64,000 nucleotides of DNA from Gnetum montanum (lineage: Eukaryota > Plantae > Gnetophyta): NCBI GenBank assembly GCA_015680685.1, contig MNCI01001310.1, positions 340,976 through 404,975 of the forward strand, given 5' to 3'. The notes below the pieces were generated by a model. It searched no databases, was not told the origin of the DNA, and saw nothing but the letters and a program-made list of their open reading frames with translations. This document shows, one piece after another, positions 28,401 to 42,213 of the stretch. The position numbers and the translations under genes were made by a program. The first letter of the stretch is position 1, and every line of letters starts with the position of its first letter.

Positions 28401-28635
28401 ATACATTCCTTGAATGTTGATCTTCATGATGGAATGACTTCAAGTACATACTATACATGTTAGATTTGATGAGAAAGAGTTTGTAAAGAAAATGAAAATA
28501 AAAAAAGGGCAAAAATAACATAAGAAAAATATATTTGTATGGTATGTTAGAGCAACATACCCATTAGAATCGAACTTATGACTTCAAAACCATAAATCAC
28601 ATGCTCTAAATAAGCAATGTCTCATTGATTGTAAT

Positions 28636-31600
28636 TGTAACAATGTTGCCCTGACATTGTTCGACACCCCAAGGAATTCACTAAGATCCAATGGATCTTG
28701 GGCAGAAGACCTGGGGAATACGCCTCAAGCGAGCAAGCAACTCAGGAGTGAGTGCAAATAGAAACGCAACTTCTTAACATATATGGCAACACACCTCACG
28801 GAGGGTAACCAACTCCAAAATGAGGACCATGCAAACAAGCACACAAGAAACCTTGTAGACAACATTGATGGGAGCGGAAACGATGCACCTACAAGGGAAG
28901 GTGCCTCACCCCCAGATCCCTCACGATCTGGTACAAGGTGTGGCTTGGCACCGCACCAAAACTATCCAATCTTGGTTGCCTACATATCTACGACCGTCGT
29001 AGAATCAGGGCCATGTAGTTCTCCATGGTGAGGGTAGAATGAAGAGGACTTAAGAGAGAGTTACAACAAGAGGGTGTCCTGTTGCTAGCTTGGTACTGCC
29101 AAGCTAGGATGGATTTTTTAACACTTGAGTCACCTGAGGGTGCCTCAAAGTGTTCCATGGCCCCCAAACCATGGGGAGAGCCCAGGAGAATCACCACCTT
29201 GGGACATCTCTCACAATCCTCCCATGTAGAAAGAAGCGACGTCCTCGGAGCAGAGCCTAGGATAGCTTTGAGAGTACACTTCAAGTATGGGTTTGGAACT
29301 TCGTCAACTCTGGGGATCCGTCAACTCATCTGACGCCAAGCTTGAAGGAAGGTACCAACCCCAACACTTGATACCTCCTTCCATCCAATGCCTTGCATGA
29401 AACACAAGGGGCACTTGGAGGAAGCCAAAAGACTTCCCAACTCTGTAACAAGCGGGAGTAGTCCAACCCAAAGGGCCAACGTCTCTAAGGTGTCCCCTAG
29501 ATCCATCCCTTCTTAGGTGTGGAGACATATCTTCTTGCGTAGGCCCATGCCTATGCAGGAAGACAACTCCTCTTCCACAAGTTCAACCGAGTTCCTTTGT
29601 GAATGGCATCTCAGCACCCATCGATTTTTTTTTCATTCATCGATTTTGAGGGCTTACCAGGGCCACTACCCATGGTGATGGACTTGGGAACATCAAACCA
29701 AGAGGGAGGACATGCTCCAAAAGAGCCACGTCTCTGCAAGTAACTCATGCTTGCTAGAACTCCATGTTCTGCTACTCGCATCCAGACCCATGGGGTCTCA
29801 CCAGTGCAACCATTTAAGCACTGATTCCACGTGCATCTGTACCATGAACATTTTTTTTCCATCATGTCTGTTCAAGCTGGTATGAAGGGAGTCGAGCATG
29901 TTCTCCCTTCCAAACAAGGTACAAGGGCAGATCTTTTGAGCTTGACCTTGCCATCCACAGACACCAACATCACATACCTCAATTCACCATCCAACAGTAT
30001 TCCATTGCCACAACGAGAGAGAAGATCCAAAATCTGTTTGGAAACTTCTCCAAGAGGCTATCATACAACAAGCCCAAACTATCATCAACAACTCTTGTGA
30101 TTGTCCAACATTGAGAATGCCTACTTGAATGTTAGAACAAGTGGAGGATCTGTTGGGTAGCCAACCCCATGAGAATGCCCTATACACAAGTCTCATGTCA
30201 ACTGTAAGCACATCATCGAATGAAACCATAATTTTCTGTTCATGGAGAAGGATCAACCGCACTTGCAACATACAATCTATCCTTCCCACTCGAAGTTATG
30301 GGACAAGCACCATTTTCTGAACACTAGGTCCAGGAAAGAATATAGAGTCATCTCTGAGAGAAACCAGATCATGAATTCTCCAAGGAACATTTAGGTTCCT
30401 AGAATTTGATTTTCCCCACCATATTAAGAATGATTTCCAATCTCGTGATCAACACCTTTCATTAGATTTTTTCACTTGAAGGAAGGATCCTCTTTGGGAG
30501 GTTTCTTCCATAGGTAAGTATAGCAGCCCAGCTACACCTTACCCATAATACATGTGCAAGTAGTCAATATAGCAAATGGAACCATATCGTCAAACTGTTA
30601 CCAATTGAGGGAAGACATGGGTTCACAAGTCTTACCCAAATTCAATTACACCTTGAGAACAACTCGAGATGCCAAGGAGTTCATCCCTTTAAAATTTTAT
30701 CAAGAGGGATTTCTGTTTCATCTTGGGAGATCTGGGTTTTTGTTTCATACATCCCAGTCAAGCCCATTTACATCAATTGTGGTGGACAAGGCTGCACCAC
30801 TACCTATTATCAGTTAACCCAAACGATAGACACAAGTCAACAACAACATTTTTCCCATAGGAGGGACTAGGTCCTCAAGATAGTTTTACAAGGAATGGGC
30901 TTCACCAACATTAGTTACAACTCAAAACACTACACGATTCATCCCTGAAGGGTTTACAATAAGGGTGGTCTACCAGAGAACCCCAATAAGTCCCTCTAGA
31001 GCCCCCAAAACTGAGAGAGTACAGAAGATCATTCCTTGCTTACAAGAAGAGCGATATGTACCTTTAATTTACATCAACAACATGACGTCACAAAGGAGGT
31101 TTCATGAATTTCACCAGGGTAACAACATTCTGTCTCTGAGAACAAGTGTCATGAGTTCACGAACATGGGACCATTGCTAGGAACAAGTCCCAAACATCAA
31201 CTGCTTCGAGGTCCCAACTAGAGAACAACTGTCTCGATACCACCTGCCTTAACATTTTAGGAACCAAAGAGGGCATCCATTGGAATGGAGGATAATCTCT
31301 CATAGGATTAGAGATTCACCAAGTAATATAGTGCTCAACCCTGCTATCCCACTAGGGAGGTTAAGACATGACATACATTTACAATACATCAACGACATGG
31401 GCTTTACATTAGGGAGGGATGGTGTGACACATTAGTGTACATGAGGAATAGAGTACACAGGGAAATTCGGCAAGATACCATAGCCTGTTAAGCACAATGA
31501 GTCCCCTGTCGTGGAATCACACCATAGACCACGAAAGCACCAATAAGTCCCAAGCCATGAGAGTGCATCATAGCCCTCCGAAGAACCAAAAGCAATCAGT

Positions 31601-34600
31601 CGCGAGAGCCCGCCAACATGCACAAATCATTAGAAGCCCCCAATCATGAGAGCATAGGCTCAAGTGTTTTGAGCACATTCAAGCCCACGAAGCAAGGCCA
31701 CCAAGAGAAGTCACAATTTATATATCTGTAACATCATTTGTTCAAGGATGTACCACCATCTCAACATTTGCAAAGCTGCTTCACGATCGCATCCAACATG
31801 GAAGAGTGAGTCTAGGTGCCAATACCCAGAACTCAACTCTACTCCACAGCTAGACATGGCAACATCACATTTATTTGAATTTTAGTTTGCCATTGTAATT
31901 CACATGGCCATAATGAACCACCTGTTATTGAGATCAAGCACATTGAACCAATTTGTTTGTATTTTGGGCTACATACCACCATCAATCATTTGTGAATCAA
32001 ATTTTAGCTAGTCTGGAACACAAGAGGAAGTGTTCCCAAGATTTGTCCTGTCTCAAGGAGGTTCACCAAAGCACACACCCCTCAAGGCATGCCAACATCA
32101 CCAAGAACACATGGCACCAGTTCAAGAGCATAATGGGCAAGGACATGCCCAAGCCTATTCGTTACAACACCACAACTAAGGAATTTTCCATGAGGCTTTT
32201 AGCAGAATTATATATCAAGGCACAAAGGCCATTTACAATATATACAGAAGGTGCTTCATATATAGTACCAAGAAAACACCATACATCAAGCTTGGCCTTG
32301 TCACAGGGTGTGGCATAGGCCTACAACGAGGAGACAACTGAGTCACATAAGGCAATACATCTAGCACTTTTGAGTGCATACTGTCAAATTGAGAATATCA
32401 CAAGGATACATTTCACACACCCGAGGATAGAAATACATTTTAATAGGAACATACATGGTATTTAGGAATGCTACCCAGGCCTAGAAGGTTATAGGATGAA
32501 CTACCCAAGCCCATCCTAGGCTGAAGGATTTAGGCCACTAGAAGTATACCACGAAAGAACCATGCTGTTCTGAGAAAAATGTGTCTTTGTCATGAAGCAT
32601 AAACGATCATTTGTCACACTATACCACTGTCTCAAAACGTACATGATCGACCATCACACTGAACCCATTACACAACTTCCATCGAATGAAAATGATTTGG
32701 GACACAAATGCAATGATCGAATACCGGAACACACCAACTGAGTATCCACCACCTGCCAAAGTGGGACTTCAATGCATTGGCCACTCTTGGGCCATCAGCA
32801 TCTAGCATGGCTAAGGATACCATTTCATGCCATTTGCTAACCCAATATCTATAGGGTCTAGGATAGATCACCGTCCTCTGTTAGTGCTCACCCAGCATAG
32901 AGAGGCAAATAAATCATAATGTACCTGTTGATTCATGACAACCAAGGTACTAATAAATCCGCAACCTGATGTTGGGATTTTGAGACCAAATAATTAGTTC
33001 ATGAAGGTCTCAAGAGCACATATCTTCCCCATAGACATAGTGCTCACAAAAGCAACTGAGGTCACCACTCGTTACATCTTTGTACCTGTGCTACTTGCAA
33101 ACACTAAGACAAAAGCTCAAAAACATAGAAGTTAGCAGGAACATGATCAACACATCAGCCTCACACACAACCATCAAGCATGATCATATAATAGAGTAAT
33201 ATCATTCTTGCAACATCATAAAAGCAAGACCTTAGCAACATGCATAGAGATAAATCATGCAAAACATTGATGGGTCAATTAGATACACTCAAACAAATGA
33301 TTTCATCATGAGGCACACCCAGAAAGAGTTAGCACACTCTCAAAATTCCAAGATTCATATACAATAATCATTCCCGGCCACTAACACTGGTTTTAACCAG
33401 GATCAAAATCTCAACATAATCATAAGAGGCATGGGAAATAGAGAATCATCATCTCAACTCAAAAATAAGGTGGAAGACCAAGGTCTATCCAATAACAGAT
33501 CTACATGAGACCAATTCTCACAACAACGAGCAACATCATGGAGGATGTGTCCACAAGAAAGACTCTCATCAAAAGAGGTGCAGTCTCAACAAGAACCAAT
33601 AATAGGATGACCCACACTAGTAGTCTTCAAATCAAAGTGACCAAGAAATGTCACCAATCAAAATAGTGATGCCACAAACCCATGGAAAACACAACCAACT
33701 CAAACAAGGGAGCACAACTTGCAAAGATCAACAACAAGGGCAATCATGCCTCACGCACAATAAGTTGTCAAACAAGACAACAAACATTTGTCTTTGGGAT
33801 GGCACAAATGACCTCAAAATGCATCCTCAACATTCCCAACAATAAGTCATCATATTGCGTAGAACACCAAGCTGTACGTTACGAACGATAGACACGACGA
33901 AGATAACACGCATGCAGAATTTGAAAGCTCAACCAAGAAGACACGCTTACACAAATAGACAAACATACAATTGTAAGCACAAATGTACGAAGTCTATTGG
34001 AAATGGTCTTAATTCACCCAGAACAAGGCTCACCAAAAGCACATGTTTGAAGGCCCTCCATCCTAAGGTACCTAGGAACCATCTTATCCCAATTTGTATT
34101 TTCTCATACTCATTGTATTTAGGGTGAGTGGGAGTGCAAGGATATCCTATCCTGCACAATTCAACCAATGCCATCTCGAAACATGTCATCTAGGTGGAAA
34201 CCGAAGCAAAGACTCGGTCCGATTCATCCCAGATGAATCATTGGAGACCAAAGATGAGAGCTCCTTGAGCAAAAAAATTATTGAGTTGCCAATAGAACTC
34301 CTCTCTACCATATCACATACAATCATAACTAGTTCAACCACAAGTAAACAAGTGGAGGATATCACCACAACACAATCGTTTACATCCTCAAGGAGAGCAA
34401 CATACATTAGTTACTCACAATTTAACATTTGTCCCCTCATGAAGAGTGTAAAAACATTACCATAAGGAAACTCTTTAAAGAATACATAAGGATATGATCC
34501 TAGATCACCTAGGTATTAATCCAAAGGGACCATTAATCGAACAACCTCAATGGAGTAACACAACCAAAGAGCACATGCATATCACAACACAATTTCAAAA

Positions 34601-35244
34601 ATGCTCTAATACCATCTATAACAATGTTGCCTTGACGTTGTTCGACGCCCCAAGGAATTCACTAAGATCCAATGGATCTGGGGCGAAAGACCTAGGGAAT
34701 ACACCTCAAGTGAGCAAGCAAATCAAGAGTGAGTGCAAGCAGAAACATAGCTTCTTAACATTTATGGTAATGCACCTCACGGAGGGTAACCAAGTCCAAA
34801 ATGAGGACCATGCAAACAAGCACACAAGCAAACTTGTAGACAACATCGGTGGGAGGGGAAACGATGCACCTACAAGGGAAGGTGCCTCACCCCCAGATCC
34901 CTCACGATCTGGTACAAGGTATGGCCTGGCACTGCACCAAAACTATCTAGTCTTGGCTGCCTACATATCTATGACCGCCATAGAATCAGGGCCATGTAGT
35001 TCTCTATGGTGAGGGTAGAATGAAGAGGACTTAAGAGAGAGTTACAATAGGAGGGTGTCCTATTGCTAGCTTGGTACCGCCAAGCTGGGATGGGTTTTCT
35101 AACACTTGAGTCACCTGAGGACGTCTCAAAGTATTCCATGGTCCCTGAACCATGGGGAGAGCCTAGGAGANCCTCAAAGTATTCCATGGTCCCTGAACCA
35201 TGGGGAGAGCCTAGGAGAACCATCACCCTAGGACATCTCTCACA
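28636..35244 (-). mobile_element. LTR retrotransposon, chromovirus/Tekay-like, probably non-autonomous
   Basis: LTRs 28636-29215 and 34617-35244; TSD GTAAT on both sides; PBS TGGTATTAGAGC (tRNA-iMet-like) at 34603-34614; PPT GGGAGGAT at 29216-29223. Only ghost protease/RT/integrase motifs remain. Confidence 0.88.
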
Positions 35245-36063
35245 GTAATAGCTTCTTTGAATGCAAAGTATATTGTAGCGATTAAAGATAAATATTTTTA
35301 AAAAATGTTTAAATACTTTATGCTATGAAGTTTGGAATATAGATTATGATAAAGATAAAAAATGACTGTTATATAACATTAGGATTTTTTAATTATTTTT
35401 ATATTTTAAAAGTTATTAAAACTTGGGAAGAAAGGGATGAAGATGTTGAACTAAAAATAATTTGACTATAGTTACAACCCAACTCATATATTTTATGATA
35501 TTTTATAAGAAATTGAGAAAAACATAATAATCCCTTAAATGTGACTTAAATTGATAATCTCTTGCATACAAATCCAGTTGAGCTATCGCTCATTGATAGC
35601 CTTGGGAAGAAAGTCAAAAAGATTCATTACTTGGAAGCTTAATGCTCATCAAATCAAGGTGGGGTTTTGGCAAGGTTAGTAAATGAGAAAAAGCCTAACC
35701 TCTTCTTAGGTGATTGCACCCAAACTCAAACTCATATCTTATGACCTAAGAAAGAAACACCTTATCAGCACTCCAAATAATGATGCATAAACTTTGGAAG
35801 AACAAAATTTGAAAATTTTGATTTACATGACTTGATTAGAATAAAAATATAAAGTGTTAGATTTAATAAGTGGTGAATATTATCAAGAAGATTACATCGT
35901 ATCAACATTGGAACTTAAAATAATTTGACTATAAGTACATCTTAAGACATAGTGAACATAATACATTAGAAGAATCATAAAGGAATATAATGATATCTCA
36001 AATGTAATTCAAACTAGCAACCGCTTGTAACTTCTTGCTTGCAAATTCTTGTTAGATAAGGAG

Positions 36064-39000
36064 TAATGAGTAGTAGAGTAGATCCTATACTAAACCATAT
36101 AGATTCTAAGTGTTCACACATAATCTAGTTGAATTCTATAGACTAAACTAGCATGGGTATTTAGATAGCTAGGCTATTGATTGTTGATCACTATCTTCCC
36201 AATCATACTTATGTGGCCTAGTCTATATGGTTAAGTGTGACTAAGACATATGATGTTGATTTTGTTATGGTCATACTTAAAATATTTAAATTTAATCCAA
36301 AATAACCTAAGTGAAGAAAATAAGATCATAATCTAGCCTAAGGGGAGAGGTGTTTGATCCTAGTTTACTATATCCATCATGAACTAGTGTAACCATTGAT
36401 GGGATTATCAAGTAATATGCTATTGGACATATGAAGCGATGTCACTACTAGATTATTAAATAGTTACATGTTTATGCTTGAAACTAGTTACACTTATTTT
36501 GCTAAGTCATCAACACAAATGGAAAGCTACTAGATTATTAAATAGTTACATGTTTATGCTTGAAACTAGTTACAATTATTTTGCTAAGTCATCAACACAC
36601 ATGGAAAGATAAATATTAGGCTAAGTGCATTAATAAATTAAATTGGAAATAGGAAAATCATTAAACTATGTCAAATGTTACAATGAAAGTAAATTGATCT
36701 AGATATTATTGTCATTCATGAAAATACATCTAGGTACATATAGGAATAAGATTCTAAACAATCAACTTAGGTTCCTACTATAGGTATTCAGTGATAAATT
36801 CTAACTTTTATAGAGATGAACTATAAGAGCTTTGCTACACTATGATTAAAATGGTACCATAAATATGGTTGGTGTGTACATTTATATATGCATTTATTAC
36901 TTTTGTATCAACATTGATGCATCAATGTAGCAGACCCTACATTAATGTTGTAGACATAATCAACTGAAACATGACTCATCATACCCCCATGATTGACTAA
37001 AAGATTGTTCTTAAGTTAACAAAATTAGAATATAGTTTTCTTATACAATGTGGAACTAACTTGACTAACTTGACTAATTAGAGTATCATTTACAAAAATT
37101 TATTTGAGTAATTTATAACTTTGACAAATGATAAAATTTGAACACATTGTCCTTACAAAAATAATGTAGATATTTACAAAAATACCAAAGCATATGCCTT
37201 ATGATATGCTTAGTGGCAATAGTTCCTATGATGGCTTCTCATGTCTTGGTGTTGATTATGGCTACCATGTTGTTGTTGCATTGAGTATGAATCCATCAAT
37301 GAGTACATTCATTTTTTCCTTCTTAGTCCTAGGATCATGTATAGTCGAGGCTAGTTTCATTAGATTTACTATTGTAGATACTTTCCCAAGGGCATGACAT
37401 AGTTGGAAACATTTCACGAGCATTGATAAACTATGCAACAAAATGTTTTCATTCAATTTCAAATGACTTAATAATGACCTTCAACTCTTGGTAGTTAGTT
37501 ATCCTTTTGGTAAATTTTTTTGTAATGATCCTTCTATCTCTAAACTTTATTTTTAGGACCTTAAGCTCTACATTAGTGATTTGTAACTTTTGACATACTT
37601 CTCTATGGAGCTTGTGCTTATTCTCATATAGCAAGTATGAGCTAGCCATTTGCTTTTCCAACTTTGATCTTGGCTTACTAGCTATGAGCATTGATAGGCT
37701 TGCATAATGGAGGTTGGTAAGCTCCACGTATTCTATCATGTCTTCTATCTGTAGCTCATGTGTGTGGATTTTAACTTGATTTTATGCATTTATTCAATCA
37801 ATGATGTGCCACCATGCATCACCTTGAAGTTATTGTAGGACTTCATTTGGTTTCACATTGGCCAATCAAATTTTTCTCTCATTTATCTCTTTTTGCATGC
37901 CCCCCTAATCCCTATAATGATTTTTAAGTTTTTCATACTTTATGATCTTATTATTCTAAGCAGCAATTTTGATGATCGATTATTACTTGATGGCTCACAA
38001 CTTCTCCATAGAAAGATTTCTATTATTAGTTGCCAACCTTTGCATGTCCAGATGAACTTTAGTTAGTTACTTCTTCTAGTGCTTAAGGTACTCCATTTTT
38101 TTCTTTCATCCTTAGTAAGCTACTATTCTTCTTGGCTAATTTATTATTTTATTTACATATTGTAATGAGGTTCTTGTTTGCTTCATTTAGCATTACCCCC
38201 ATCAAGGACACATCCCAGATGGACTTTTTTTTCCATCTCTACTTAATGTTGTTTAGCCTTGACTTACTTAAGGGCTCAATCCTTGATAAGGTTTGGCTAA
38301 TGAAGAGATGAGTCTAATAAGTAAGCTTTAAGTTGTACAGCTTTAGCGATTAGTTGTTAATTAAGTGATGTAGCTTTTTGTAGTTGCATCTTTTCGATGA
38401 CAAGGTTATCCCTTGTTTCAATGACTATTGCTAGGTTAATGTGATGTCTTCTAGAATGTTGAAAATATTAGAAATTGATGGCTTGATCTCCATAGTCTTT
38501 CCAATACTTCTTCATGTTGTGCTACACTCATCCCTCCTGAACCAGTTCTTGCAAACATTCAAATGTCTACCACAACAATAAAGTCTATAAGCGGTATTGT
38601 AAGGACCTTTAAAGCTTCACAAATTCTATCTGCTACTACCTCCATAGCCATTTCCTACCCTTTGCATAACATGATCACTACTATGATTCTATCCTTCTCT
38701 TCCAATATTATAAAGAAGGTTGGAACATTGTTCAAGACTTCTAGCATTTATTTAGAGGGTAGGGATACTACAACTCCTCTCATGACAATGTTCACTTGAA
38801 TGATGGCTTGAGTTCTTCTTATGAAGAAGAGGTTGGACATATCATTTTACTATTAACTAATTACTGAAGTAATTTAATTAAGATGGCTTATTGCATGATG
38901 TTTTCCTTCCAAATATTTAGCAACTACTTGATGAGATGCTCTAGGTTTCTTAGTTCTTACTTCAGCAGTTGACATTTCCTTGGCTAGTGGAGGTGATACT

Positions 39001-39346
39001 TCCTCTTAAATTCTCAATAGTGGTTTCTCCTTCATCATTTCTACCATGATGCTATCGTGGCTCTTTTAAGAATATCATTTGTGTGATGTGCAATGCCTCC
39101 TATTCTTTAGAGTTTTTGGATGATGCATAAGAAAGGTAGCATCTTTCTACCTTTTCTGTTTTCTTTAAACTACTTCTCTATCTCTAGGAAGATAAGCTAT
39201 GATAATTGACAACCACTAAGCACTACGCAAGCTCTCATTGAAAAGGATGTAACCTTGCTTAATGGTACTATGGGATTGAGGTGGTAGGACACACTTTTGA
39301 AGTGGATTCTTTTGGCTAGACTAGGCTAGTCATATTTCATTGTACC
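36064..39346 (-). mobile_element. Family A Gypsy element: 3' LTR (36064-36981), PPT and decayed 3' extra ORF, interrupted by the Tat element
   Basis: CATGACTCATCATACCCCCATGA at 36970-36992 is the reverse complement of the 1541-1563 junction; extra-ORF peptide shared with 1-1330. Confidence 0.75.
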
Positions 39347-40629
39347 TGTAACGACGGAAAACATCGGTTGCTGGAAGCACTGAGAGGATTTCCGTGTACA
39401 CAGTTTCAACCCCAGATCTGCGCGAGGGCCGTGCTAGGGAAAACGAATCCGAGGTGCCCTGAACAGTCTTGTTGATCAGACAGGGACTTATTTGGTCAGT
39501 AAAGTTGTTAACGATCACATAACGAGATGGCGATTTGATATGCGAACGTAATACCAATTGACGAGAAGGACGAGATCTACTCTAAGATCAGATCTTGAAG
39601 GTAATGAAAATGATGTAAACTATGCAAAACAATTGTAAAAATGAATGTAAACAGGATGCCATGAATAAAATTTTTAAGAAGAAAAAAAATGCACGATCTT
39701 GAGATCTGGGATCTATCTCGTGGACAAATATGATGAATACAACGGGACTTGCAAGGAGGCTCTGATTCAGACGAAGTATCCGTTGCCAACAAGAAGCTAT
39801 TTAGAGATTAAACAAGCAAATGGCCAATCTACCTTATTCACTAGCCAATCTAGGCGCAAGGGAGTCAGGCTCGAAGCAAAATGTTCGCTAACTTGCAATC
39901 TCTGGACAATAAGCTTCTCTCTATCATCGTCGATGCTCTTGCCAACTTTCATCAACTTTTGCCAACAAAGTTTTCGGCCTCTTTGTTTTCGTTGCTAACT
40001 CTTTTTCGCCAAAATTTGCCAACTTTTTCCCACCCCTTGAGCGTTGTTCGTCGAGGTATTTATAAGATTAGGGTTAGGAGAAGAACGTAGTTTAAATGAC
40101 ATGTGTCCTGGGCCTGCAGAATGTCGTTGACCTGGTGTGCTGCAGCTGAAGTTTGTAACGCTACGCTGTGCTATGCTCTAAAGCGTAGCATAGCGTAACC
40201 ACTCTGCGACTACGCTGTAATACGCTGGGAAGCATATCATGGCATAATGACTGCTACTGTTTGAATTTTGCTATCCTTGTTGTCGCGACTATTTCAATTG
40301 TACTGCTTGCATTACGCTGCGCTACACTACGTAGCGTAACGTGGCATAATACACAAAAAGTTAAGAATTTGAAGAGTGGTTAACTTGCAAAGTTGAAGTG
40401 TTGTCACCGTGCATCCCTTGTTTTGTTCTATCCTCCTGAAGTCTGCTACGTTGAGCTATGTAGCGTAGCGTAGCAAACCCTCAGCTGAAAAACAAAACTT
40501 GCCAAGATGTGCAAGTGTCTTTGGTGCTTCCATCGCTCGGATGTCTTGACGCTGCACTTGTGAAAAATCCTTGCCTAAACTTCAAGACTTTGTTGGATTA
40601 TAGAGGTCTCGAAATTTCATGGTGTTTCA
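39347..40629 (-). repeat. 3' LTR of the Tat element
   Basis: Direct repeat of 54701-55983; PPT AAAGAGGGGCCAT (reverse strand) adjacent at 40630-40642. Confidence 0.95.
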
Positions 40630-41823
40630 ATGGCCCCTCTTTGTGGACGTTTGGAGGGCTTGCCCGAGAGACGTCGAGAAAGAATGCAAAACACCATAGG
40701 GGTAAAGATGCCAACACCGTTCGTCGGCTGCTACTTGGATGTTGCTTTGTCAGATTTGGAAGTGTGACGATTGGGAGCGTAAGGAGCAAAAGAGGGATTT
40801 TACAAGTGTGAGGGAGAGAGGGTAAGGGAAGATTCAAGTGTAAGCAGGATACCTCGCAAACATGTTATTAAATAACTTCTCGCTGGTGTTTTCACAAGAG
40901 GTTACGCTGTTGCACTGTATATGTGGGACTTGCTTGGGCGATTTGTGTTACACCCGTATGGCCTAGACGACTTGCATTTCATCCATTTTGCCTAGCTTTT
41001 CTCATTTTTTTAGCTACAGATATATTCCATGAGGCGAGTTGGATTACGTCAGTTCATGGATGTGACGGTTATCATGTGCGAAAGGCTCCCTGTACGTTTA
41101 CATTTTGTACAAATGGGAGGAGCAATAAGGGTAATTGCAAGGATAAGAGAGGGAAAAAATAAGGTAAGGTGTCTGGAGGGAAAAGGCAGGGTTTGCACTC
41201 CCAAGTAGACAGGTTAGTTCGAGTAGCCACCTTGGAACACTGTGACGCCTCGCCCTCCTAGTGAATGCATTTTTGAACAACGCTGTTGTAACAAGTGACC
41301 TGCAAAATGCAACAAAGAACAGAGAACAAAAGCAACTGTCCTAACTGCTAGGGAGGCTGTTGAAACAAGTGTCATCCGAAGCAGAAAGGGGAGTGCGCCA
41401 TAAAGAAGGGGACCCCAGCAAAAGGTCAGGGTCCCTTTTTTGATGCCGTGGCTCAGGAATTCGTCGTCGACAACCAAGTTCATCTTATCCATCTAACTAG
41501 GCAAAGGGCTAGTCAGATGAATCTGGGAAGCCAGGCCTTGGTGGTGGCGGTGGTTGGAGACAACCAAGGCTATGGGTGACCATAGTTTCCTCGGGGCTCC
41601 AACTGGCGATGCTGACCTCGGGAGCTGTGATTGCTGAGTGAACATTGTGGTGGCATCTCCGAGGGGTCAGTAGTATGCCCTTTGGTACATTCAAGTAATC
41701 AGTAGAATGCTGGGGGGTAGTGGCGTTGCATTTGTTTCCAATGTCCTACTTGTTCTGTCTAATGGGGATGTTGTGCAAAAATGGTCAGGCCCGCTTGTTT
41801 CGTGGATGGTGTGTTGGCAGATC

Positions 41824-42181
41824 CCAGTTTTAGGTCCTGGTAGAGCGTCATTGCTGGTTTTAAGTCTCAGCAGACCATGGTCCTAGTTTAAAGTCTGGGC
41901 AGACCAAAGTGTGCTAGTTTTATGTCATAGCGGATGGTGGAAGAGCTAGTTTATGGTCCTAGCAGACCGTGTTGTGGGTGTCAATTTTGTGTCGTGACCC
42001 AGGGACAAGTCTATGTTGGTTTAATGTCTCAGTAGATGGATGCTTACCTTGCTAGTTTTATGTCGTGGCAAACGGTCGAAAGTTTTTTCAGTTTAGCGTC
42101 GTGGCAGACTCGTGCAAAAAATCCCAGTTTTACGTCGTAGCAGATGTGTACCACATTGCTAGTTTTACATTGTAGCAGATG
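41824..42181 (+). repeat. Array of ~11 degenerate 22-bp motifs (YTAGTTTWANGYCN4CRGRC) with variable spacers
   Basis: Examples: CTAGTTTAAAGTCTGGGCAGACC (41883), CTAGTTTATGGTCCTAGCAGACC (41946), CCAGTTTTACGTCGTAGCAGATG (42124). Period 29-36 bp. Confidence 0.85.
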
Positions 42182-42213
42182 ATTGTTACCTTGTGTTCTA
42201 GCTGAGCTGGTGT

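Noticed and set aside
34494-35012. 172-aa ORF with a paralogue at 28783
   Set aside because: It lies mostly in the LTR and on the opposite strand to the element; the paralogy simply reflects LTR duplication.
35125-35220. Apparent ~46-bp duplication in the 5' LTR of the 28636-35244 element
   Set aside because: It straddles an 'n' at 35171 and is absent from the other LTR, so it is likely an assembly artefact.
36446-36608. ~81-bp tandem duplication inside a family A LTR
   Set aside because: A local duplication or assembly overlap with no evidence of function.
41824-42181. CRISPR array
   Set aside because: Repeats are degenerate, spacers are too short, there are no cas genes, and the context is a plant retrotransposon UTR.
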